From: Nitrososphaerota archaeon
GTDB taxonomy: Archaea > Thermoproteota > Nitrososphaeria > Conexivisphaerales > UBA164
Length of the DNA stretch: 55,329 nt
NCBI GenBank assembly: GCA_029786595.1
Contig: JAFLXO010000005.1
Location: 4,652-59,980 of the forward strand
Direction: 5' to 3'
The notes below the pieces were generated by a model. It did no database searches. It worked only from the letters and a program-made list of their open reading frames with translations, and was not told the DNA's origin. Positions 48,767-55,329 of this stretch are shown piece after piece (the first letter of the stretch is position 1; every line of letters starts with the position of its first letter). The position numbers and the translations under genes are program-made.

Positions 48767-51214
48767 TCGGCCAAGATCGATTTTGACATGGGCCTCAACG
48801 TCATCCCGCTCGAACAGGGGAAAAAGACCCCCGCCGTGGATTGGAAGAATTTTCAAACGCGCCATCTCTCTCAGGAGGAGTTTAATGAGTGGTTCGGGCA
48901 GGACCCGAACCGTAACCATGCGGTGATAGGCGGCGTCACATCCCACAACCTCGTGGTGCTCGATTTTGAGGCGTGGAATGATTTTGTGGCCTTCTTCCCG
49001 GAGTGGGAGAGGCTGGCGAAGACCACCCGCGTCGTGAAGACGCCCCATGGCGGCGCCCATGTATATTATTATACACAGGAGGAGGTCCAGCGCAGGATCA
49101 AGGTGTTTGGCGACAAACATCAGGTTGACGTGTGCGGGTGGGGCGGCTATGTATGCGGGATCGGCACGGTCATCGACCATGCGCTGTGCGACAAAAAGAA
49201 GTGCCACATAGATTCCGGCAAGAGCACGTACGAAGCCGTCGGGACCATGGACATTTCGGTAGTCGGAAAGGGGCTCCTCGCATCTTTCCTTGATCGAGGC
49301 CGGAGGCTGGGCTGGCAGGTTGAGGTGCTGAAGGACACCAGGCCCGAGAGGGACACCTTTGATCACCTGCTCACCGTGGATGGCCGGCTGAACGGCCTCT
49401 TCAACGGCGACATTGAAGGATATGCGTCCCGCTCTGAGGCTGAATTTGCGCTCGTCATAAGGCTGATCAGCTACGGCTTCAGCGATGAGCAGATCAACCG
49501 AATAATGAAAGATTCAAGGATAGGCAAGTGGAACGAGTCCGAACAGTATGCCGAATACACGCTGCGGAAGGCGCACGAATGGATCGTGCGCGATCGCTCC
49601 GTGACTGCGGACGAATCGCCGTCCCTCCTAGGCCTCGGCAACCCCTCGGACGCGGCCGACCACGTCCTCGAGCGCTTTCATATCATCACCACGGACGACG
49701 GCCTGTACGTATACGACGAAGGGCTGGGGATGTACAGGCAGGGGATGGAGAAGGCGATCCAGGCGTGGGCCGAGCAGCAGGCCCGTGTTTCAGGCGGCAA
49801 TATATCACTTCGTTACATTGCTGAAATGTTTGGCCACATACAGCGCAGGACCTATGAGCGCGATATAGCGGACAACACGGATGTGTTCCACCTGAAAAAC
49901 GGCATACTGAACATGAAGACCGGTGAATTTATCGACCACACGCCCGATAAGGCGTATTTCTCCGCAATCCAGCTTCCGGTGAAGTACGACCCGAAGGCGA
50001 AGTGCCCGCTGATATTGAAGTTCATTTCTGAAATCGTCTACCCCGAAGACATCGCCGTCATTCAGGAGTTCACAGGCTACATGTTCTACCGTGGATATCC
50101 GGTGGCAGCTGCGCTGCTGCTCGTGGGCGGCGGCAGCAACGGCAAGTCCACACTGATCAGCCTGATCAAGGCCCTTCTGGGGCCATCGAACATCGCCACG
50201 TGCAGCCTTCAGGAGCTGGAGTACAACCACTTCGCCAAGGCCGACCTCGTGGGCAAGCTTGCTAACCTCTTTGCTGACCTGTCCGACGTGGCGCTGAAGT
50301 CCACGGGGGTGTTCAAGATGCTCACCGGCGGCGACCCGATCACCGCTGAGCGAAAGTACGGCCAGCGGTCCCCGTTCGTGAACTATGCAAAGCTCGTTTT
50401 CAGCGCGAACAAGGTTCCGATGGCATACGACGACAGCGATGCGTTCTTCCGGCGTTTCATCATCGTCAAGTTCCCGATGACGTTCAACAAAAGGACCGCC
50501 GACGCCCGGCTGCTTGAGAAGCTCACGACCGAGGAGGAGCTGTCCGGCCTCCTGAACTGGGGGCTTGAAGGCCTGCGGCGCCTCATGGACAACGGGTTCG
50601 TGTTCTCGAATTCCAAGAGCGTAGAGGAGATAAAGGACGAATACATCAGGATGTCAAACCCTGTGGAGGCGTTTTTCATGGACATGGTGGAGGAGGACCC
50701 GGAGAAGCGCATCGCCAAGGCTGACCTCTATCAGGCGTATGTAAGCTACTGCAAGGCGAGGAAGCTGGCGCCCGTAACTATGCCCACCTTCTTCCTGAAC
50801 GTGAAGAAGAACGGCCGCAACTACAGCGAGACGAGGTTAACATCCGAAGAGAACGGAAGGAAGGTGCGGTACAGCGCCTTTCTGGGGATCGCGCTGAAGT
50901 CCAGCGGTTCAGGTGAGCGGCCTTTAGATGCTACTCCCGTAGTACAACCGGCAAAGGATACGGAACCCGAAGCGGCTAAACCGGAGGCTAGGTCAGAGGC
51001 TAGGTCAGAGGCCAAGCCAGAGGCCAAGTTGGAGGCCAAGCCGGCAGACGAGAGGGCCGCGGAGGCGCCCGATACAGCGCCAGCGAAAACTGATAGCGCC
51101 CCGGGCTTTGATGTGGTCAACGACGTTGCCGCAGGCGTGCAGATATACCGGTGCAGGGAGTGCGGGGCCCTTGTCAAGAAGGAATACATGTCCGACCACC
51201 TGAAGCAGCACTAG
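48764..51214 (+). CDS. Plasmid/virus replicase: AEP primase-polymerase, helical domain, D5/P4-family SF3 helicase and C-terminal C2H2 finger
   Basis: VVLDFE, KTPHGGAHVYY, GGYV (prim-pol); SRSEAEFAL; LKNGILN; GSNGKST Walker A; KLVFSANK, AFFRRF; CRECG...HLKQH. Confidence 0.93.
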   Translation: MSAKIDFDMGLNVIPLEQGKKTPAVDWKNFQTRHLSQEEFNEWFGQDPNRNHAVIGGVTSHNLVVLDFEAWNDFVAFFPEWERLAKTTRVVKTPHGGAHVYYYTQEEVQRRIKVFGDKHQVDVCGWGGYVCGIGTVIDHALCDKKKCHIDSGKSTYEAVGTMDISVVGKGLLASFLDRGRRLGWQVEVLKDTRPERDTFDHLLTVDGRLNGLFNGDIEGYASRSEAEFALVIRLISYGFSDEQINRIMKDSRIGKWNESEQYAEYTLRKAHEWIVRDRSVTADESPSLLGLGNPSDAADHVLERFHIITTDDGLYVYDEGLGMYRQGMEKAIQAWAEQQARVSGGNISLRYIAEMFGHIQRRTYERDIADNTDVFHLKNGILNMKTGEFIDHTPDKAYFSAIQLPVKYDPKAKCPLILKFISEIVYPEDIAVIQEFTGYMFYRGYPVAAALLLVGGGSNGKSTLISLIKALLGPSNIATCSLQELEYNHFAKADLVGKLANLFADLSDVALKSTGVFKMLTGGDPITAERKYGQRSPFVNYAKLVFSANKVPMAYDDSDAFFRRFIIVKFPMTFNKRTADARLLEKLTTEEELSGLLNWGLEGLRRLMDNGFVFSNSKSVEEIKDEYIRMSNPVEAFFMDMVEEDPEKRIAKADLYQAYVSYCKARKLAPVTMPTFFLNVKKNGRNYSETRLTSEENGRKVRYSAFLGIALKSSGSGERPLDATPVVQPAKDTEPEAAKPEARSEARSEAKPEAKLEAKPADERAAEAPDTAPAKTDSAPGFDVVNDVAAGVQIYRCRECGALVKKEYMSDHLKQH
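50981..51040 (+). repeat. Five imperfect 12-bp tandem repeats encoding a (P/S/L)EA(R/K) linker
   Basis: ccggaggctagg tcagaggctagg tcagaggccaag ccagaggccaag ttggaggccaag. Confidence 0.85.
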
Positions 51215-51395
51215 GGACGGCCTGGATTTTCCCACTGGATATATACTTCACATAAGGGTTTGAACTCCATGCCCAATATCCTTATGTGCAATTATTGGCA
51301 TAATGTCATGTTAACTTGATTGAGCGAAGCGTCCAATTTGTCTTGAAATGGATTTCAGGTAAAAATATATAAATTTAATTATGTATTAGGCATCA

Positions 51396-52763
51396 ATGAA
51401 TCTGAAAATAGTAGCCGCTGTATTGATAGTTCTAACAGTAATAGGCTTCTCTGCATTCGCGTATGACCAGTTCTATGTCATACCTTCTCAACAGACGCAG
51501 TTGAACAACGCTGAGGCCAGTATATCTGCCATGGCACAGAGCCTGAGTTCCATGACCGCTGAATTCCAGTCTATAAATTCAAGCCTTTTGAACCTCAGCA
51601 ATGGCCTTTCTGGCGAGCAGTCCGTTATAACCCTACTCAATTCAAGCATAACTTCAGAGAATTCTCAGCTGATAAGCCTGGAGCAGAATCTGATGGAAAC
51701 ACCAAGGATAGGTATAGTCAACCCAGTTTCATTTGAGCAGGCGCCAATCCTGGCAGCGATGAGCGTCCAGGCTTCTGTTAAAATAGATGGATACACGTTC
51801 TGGCTTGGCACTATAGGAAATCACCAGGTAGTAGAGGTAAGGAGCGGAGAGAAGGAATTTGCTTCAGAGCTGGCTACGGTCCTCATGGATACGCATTTCA
51901 ACATTGTCGCAAACATAATGTCCGGAATAGCAGGCTCAAGGAATCCAAATCTCAAAACTGGCGACGTGCTGATAGGCGCGTTCGTGGTAAACCCTGACGC
52001 CATTAAATACTCCTATGACGGAACGCAGATACCCTATACCACCGAAATGGTTACAACGCCAAACTCACTGATAAACGGCACAATAATAACTGGCTACGGA
52101 CAGACCGGCGCTACCCCAAGCGATGCCTCCACATACGGTTATGGCCCGGGAGATAATAATTCGTCATTTCCCTATATCGCAGACTTTGTGGCATCTGCAG
52201 GCCTAGTGCAGATCGCAGAAGGGGCCTCTGGAATACTGGGCTCCACCAGCAATTCATACATAACCGGTAATCCCAATGCAACCGGCACGTCGCCTGCCAA
52301 TGAAATGATCGGCGTTATAAGTTCGTCATCTCACTGGACCAATCCGGTGTCCATCAACGGTGTGCAGAATGCGCTTTACCAGACCGATGCTGGGGAAAAT
52401 GAGGGATTTGGGTTCGCATATGCCAATACGCAACTGGGCATTCCATGGGTCGTGGTCAGGGGCATATCCAACTCTCACTTTGTGCTTAACGTCTTCAAAG
52501 GCACGCTGGCTGCGGACAGGGCTGCGAATGTGACAGTTTACATCATAGATCACTTTAATATGAACGGCATGCTGTATCAGCCTGCAACATTTTCGATGCT
52601 ATCGGGCAATTCCAACGCAGCGATGCACGGGTACATAGTCGCTGATTCAGCAACCTATAATATGACCAATATAACAGTAACTCAGGTGCAGTACACCGCT
52701 CAGAACGGGTCGATCATAACCATAACGAACCCCAATATGTTAGAATATACAGGTCCCAACTGA
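51396..52763 (+). CDS. Membrane-anchored extracellular MTA/SAH nucleosidase-like (PNP_UDP_1) protein on a coiled-coil stalk
   Basis: N-terminal TM, heptad S/L/N stalk, RIGIV...EQ, SGIAGS.NP.L..GDV.I, ENEG.GFA, IPWVVVRGISN. Confidence 0.85.
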   Translation: MNLKIVAAVLIVLTVIGFSAFAYDQFYVIPSQQTQLNNAEASISAMAQSLSSMTAEFQSINSSLLNLSNGLSGEQSVITLLNSSITSENSQLISLEQNLMETPRIGIVNPVSFEQAPILAAMSVQASVKIDGYTFWLGTIGNHQVVEVRSGEKEFASELATVLMDTHFNIVANIMSGIAGSRNPNLKTGDVLIGAFVVNPDAIKYSYDGTQIPYTTEMVTTPNSLINGTIITGYGQTGATPSDASTYGYGPGDNNSSFPYIADFVASAGLVQIAEGASGILGSTSNSYITGNPNATGTSPANEMIGVISSSSHWTNPVSINGVQNALYQTDAGENEGFGFAYANTQLGIPWVVVRGISNSHFVLNVFKGTLAADRAANVTVYIIDHFNMNGMLYQPATFSMLSGNSNAAMHGYIVADSATYNMTNITVTQVQYTAQNGSIITITNPNMLEYTGPN

Positions 52764-52779
52764 GAAGGCATACCGGCCC

Positions 52780-52803
52780 CTTCTTTCTTTTTTTATTTTT
52801 TTT
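52780..52803 (+). terminator. Oligo-T archaeal terminator
   Basis: Long T-rich tract directly after the stop of 51396-52763. Confidence 0.6.
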
Positions 52804-52970
52804 ATATATATGTATATAACCTCTTACCGTTTTTACATCAGGCTCCAATGCCTTTTGTTGCGTAATCCCCTCAGCCACTCAGCTGTATCAAGGGCTCTGT
52901 ATAATCCCCCAACAGCCGTGCAAACATCTTCCTGATCCTCCTATCTGAGCAGGGTTCCATTGCGGTGTGC

Positions 52971-53002
52971 CCTTTTAAACCTCCTTCGCATGTGCCATCA
53001 TG
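52971..53002 (+). promoter_or_regulatory. Shared element promoter, copy 3 (SSB-like gene)
   Basis: CCTTTTAAAC-CTCCTTC-GCATG-TGCCATC-ATG. Confidence 0.75.
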
Positions 53003-53326
53003 GTCAACATAGAAGACGTATACGGCCAGTCCGAATACCTGAAGGCGCAGGACCTGCCGCCAAAGCCTGTAAAGTATGTGATTGAGGACGTTTATGTGCG
53101 AACCTTCTATCAGCAGGGAGTTTCGACCACAAAGGTGGTCCTGAAACTGAGGGGGGAGAAGAGGAGTTTTATCGTCAATAGGACCAACGCAGGCATCCTT
53201 TCGGGCATGTTCGGCAGGGAAACCGACGGCTGGAAGGGGAAGGAGATAACGGTTGCGAAGCAGCTCATCAGGGCCTCGGACGGCGCAGAGGTGTTCTCGG
53301 TGGTGGTGCAGCGTGCGGCGCAGTAA
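53000..53326 (+). CDS. Phage-type putative ssDNA-binding (OB-fold-like) protein
   Basis: S.YLKA.DL, K.VL...G.K...VN.TNA..L..MFG.ETDGWKGK.I pattern common in phage replication modules; function inferred. Confidence 0.7.
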   Translation: MVNIEDVYGQSEYLKAQDLPPKPVKYVIEDVYVRTFYQQGVSTTKVVLKLRGEKRSFIVNRTNAGILSGMFGRETDGWKGKEITVAKQLIRASDGAEVFSVVVQRAAQ

Positions 53327-53465
53327 AGCGGCGCTGAAAAAACTGTTCCACAGGAGGAAAAGGAGGCCGGCCGCATTGATTTTTCCAAGCGTGGGATAAA
53401 ACCATGAGGCTCGGCGGCTGGCGGCGGGTATTATACATGATAAGGTGTTTACCGATTAAAGATAT

Positions 53466-53540
53466 ATCGTACTATTATAGTACTTGATAGTACGATTGCC
53501 CATGTCCATAGTACTACCTAGTACTATATCGAACTATATC
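53466..53540. repeat. Helically phased (TA)GTAC(TA) array with a 10-bp inverted repeat
   Basis: GTAC at 53469, 53480, 53490, 53511, 53521 and GAAC at 53531; ATCGTACTAT/ATAGTACGAT inverted pair. Confidence 0.7.
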
Positions 53541-53676
53541 CATAAAAATCGACACCGCTCAGGTGGTTGCGCGGCGATAAAAAAGCTGATTAGCAATTAT
53601 GGTTGAATAAATTCGATAGCCTACGGCCACAAGCAGTGTGATGGGAGAGTGCCTCTCTGGCCCCGCGCTTGCCTTG

Positions 53677-53708
53677 CCTTTTAAACGGTGCTGGCATGCC
53701 TTCTCATG
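53677..53708 (+). promoter_or_regulatory. Shared element promoter, copy 4 (T2SS-F gene)
   Basis: CCTTTTAAAC-GGTGCTG-GCATG-CCTTCTC-ATG. Confidence 0.75.
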
Positions 53709-55329
53709 AAGCTTCCCTTTTACGGTTGGCGGCTGTACTTTTTATCGGTGGTTCCCTTATTCGCCATAGTCTTTATCGGGCTGTCGCTCATGCGATTTGG
53801 GCGCACGGGGTACGTGGGGCTTGCCTCAGCTACAATGATCGGCACCGGGATCGGCCTGCTGATCGGCGGGTTCGTATACTATCTTGATGAAATGAAGCGG
53901 GGAAGCATCGCCCTGCCACCTCGCCCGAAAATCAAACGCGTCAGGCCGACCAGGCGCAACAAACACCTCGACCGTCTGGCCGGCCGGCTTGCAAGGGGGT
54001 CGTCAGGCGAAATAATCAAAGCCGGGGTGGGCTATACGCCCAACGCATTCTATTACAGGTACATCACCTACGGCGCCTGGTCCTTCATGGCCGCAATCCC
54101 TCTGTCCTTTGCCCTGGCATTCCTCCTGAAGACCCCCCTTCCGCTGGCCCTGCTGGCGGTCCCCCTCTTCGTCGTGTTCATGGCGCCGGGCATTACGCTA
54201 AAGTCCACCGCCGGCGACCGGAGGAGGGCGATAGACGACGAGCTCCCCTTTTTCGCGCTGTACATGTCAACCATGGCCGACGCCGGGGTGTCCCTGTACG
54301 ATGCCCTTAGGCGGCTGATAGGGCGCGGCGTCTTCAAGTATATAGAACGTGACGCTATCTACCTCCGGCAGTCCGTCGAGTTCCTCGGGCAGGATCAGCT
54401 TTCAGCGATAGACATGCTTGCGAAGGAGCACCCGTCCAAGTCGATGAGGGACCTGCTCTACGGCTATTCCTCGGAGCTCAGGTCGGGCGGGGACATCGCT
54501 GGGTACTTCACCGGCAGGGCCGAGTCCCTTCTCAGGTGGCTCGAATTCCGCTTCTCGAAGTACGGCGACTCAGTTTCCGACCTGGGCGAGATGATGACCG
54601 CCATGTTCTTCATAATGCCCACCCTGGTGATCGCTTCGGCGTTCATCTCCCCGGCCGCTTCGATAACCCTCGTGTGGGTGATGACGGTGCTTGTGATCCC
54701 GGTCATGGGGGTGGTGATCATATTCCTGATCCGTTCGGCCCAGCCGAAGACGGGCGATGCATACGTGGGGAACGTCCGCAACGGCGTCATAGCAGGGGCC
54801 GTTTCCGGGTCCATAATGGCCTTCCTGCATGTCCCGCTCTGGGCTCCAGTGGCGGCCGGGCTGGTGGCGGGCTCCCTGGCCTTCAGCCTGCCGGTGTACA
54901 TGCAGAAGAGGGCCGCCGACGCCGAAGAAAGGAGCCTTGAGGGGTTCGTGCGTGATGTAACCGAATATCGCAAGTCGGGGTATGGCATGGCCCGGACGAT
55001 AGGGAAGCTGGCCGCCGAGGGCAGGTATACGAAGGAGTTCACTGCGGTGCTGAAGGGCGTGGCCGTCTCCCTCTCGCTCGGCTCCCGCCTTTCGGAGGTC
55101 GTTGTGAAAGGGGCCTCCTGGGCCACCCGCGAGCTGTTCTTCCTCCTTGGCGAGGTGGACGATTCCGGCGGGGGATCGCCAAGGGAGCTTGAACTGGTAC
55201 ATGAGTTCATGGAACAGTTCACGAACGCCAAGGCGATGGTCAAGTCCCGCATGAAGATCTACGAGCTGCTGACCATGGCAACCCCTCCGAGGCTCGGCAT
55301 TCTGATCTTTGTCAGATCCACCTTCATGA
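53706..55329 (+). CDS. Type IV pilus/Tad assembly platform protein (T2SS-F, TadB/TadC/ArlJ-like), 3' truncated by the window; absent from the ORF track
   Basis: Manual translation MKLPFYGWRL..., frame still open at the window end; IDDELPFFALYMSTMADAGVSLYDAL, HPSKSMRDLLYGYSSELRSGGD and a second T2SS-F-like repeat FVRDVTEYRKSG. Confidence 0.88.
   Translation, partial: MKLPFYGWRLYFLSVVPLFAIVFIGLSLMRFGRTGYVGLASATMIGTGIGLLIGGFVYYLDEMKRGSIALPPRPKIKRVRPTRRNKHLDRLAGRLARGSSGEIIKAGVGYTPNAFYYRYITYGAWSFMAAIPLSFALAFLLKTPLPLALLAVPLFVVFMAPGITLKSTAGDRRRAIDDELPFFALYMSTMADAGVSLYDALRRLIGRGVFKYIERDAIYLRQSVEFLGQDQLSAIDMLAKEHPSKSMRDLLYGYSSELRSGGDIAGYFTGRAESLLRWLEFRFSKYGDSVSDLGEMMTAMFFIMPTLVIASAFISPAASITLVWVMTVLVIPVMGVVIIFLIRSAQPKTGDAYVGNVRNGVIAGAVSGSIMAFLHVPLWAPVAAGLVAGSLAFSLPVYMQKRAADAEERSLEGFVRDVTEYRKSGYGMARTIGKLAAEGRYTKEFTAVLKGVAVSLSLGSRLSEVVVKGASWATRELFFLLGEVDDSGGGSPRELELVHEFMEQFTNAKAMVKSRMKIYELLTMATPPRLGILIFVRSTFM

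Larger units (their letters stand above)
39955..55329. mobile_element. Integrated plasmid- or virus-like element with prim-pol replicase, SSB-like gene, type IV pilus/Tad genes and cargo; boundaries approximate, continues beyond the window
   Basis: Replicase with iteron origin, phage-type SSB-like gene, T2SS-F gene, class III signal peptide proteins, shared promoter motif and internal repeats; no integrase in the window. Confidence 0.7.

Noticed and set aside
48650-51235. Antisense and alternate-frame ORFs over the replicase
   Set aside because: Shadow ORFs of a GC-rich gene with no motifs.
51250-51290. tRNA 3'-end or att-like sequence (GGGTTTGAACTCC, also near 42941)
   Set aside because: The T-loop is non-canonical, stems pair poorly and no cloverleaf can be built; not supportable as a tRNA or att site.
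52850-52866. IS5-like terminal repeat CCTTTTGTTGCGTAA
   Set aside because: Degenerate single copy with no adjacent transposase sequence recognised.
54068-55252. Several long ORFs in the track (54068-54337, 54464-55252, 54536-54940, 54570-55202)
   Set aside because: Shadow frames of the GC-rich T2SS-F gene starting at 53706.

Overview
Accessory-rich region of an archaeal genome (TATA-box promoters, class III signal peptides, GTP cyclohydrolase IIa, archaeal-type IS remnants). 1-10.4 kb: a complete type I-G (I-U) CRISPR-Cas locus (cas3, cas8g/csx17, cas7/csb1, csb2, cas4-cas1, cas2, leader, 36-bp-repeat array running off the left edge). 10.4-39.9 kb: metabolic and transport islands separated by decayed ISNCY- and IS5-family fragments. 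These include a GNAT/CorA-like/EamA operon, two ECF transporter modules, a cofG-cofH-gch3-amidohydrolase-reductase FO/riboflavin-precursor operon, class III ribonucleotide reductase, a CX5CX2C radical SAM enzyme, a siroheme/sulfite-reductase cluster, an M20 hydrolase and a beta-carbonic anhydrase-like gene. About 40 kb to the right edge: an integrated plasmid- or virus-like element. It has a prim-pol/SF3-helicase replicase preceded by an inverted-iteron origin, a phage-type SSB-like gene, a Tad/T2SS-F pilus platform gene missing from the ORF track, and a pilin-adhesin. Four of these genes share a nearly exactly spaced promoter motif (CCTTTTAARC-N7/8-GCATG-N7-ATG). The element also contains three copies of a palindrome-bearing non-coding repeat. 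One copy is an internally deleted ghost of the replicase locus and the other two bracket an Nmad2-Nmad3 cassette. All product calls come from motif recognition by eye; no searches were run.
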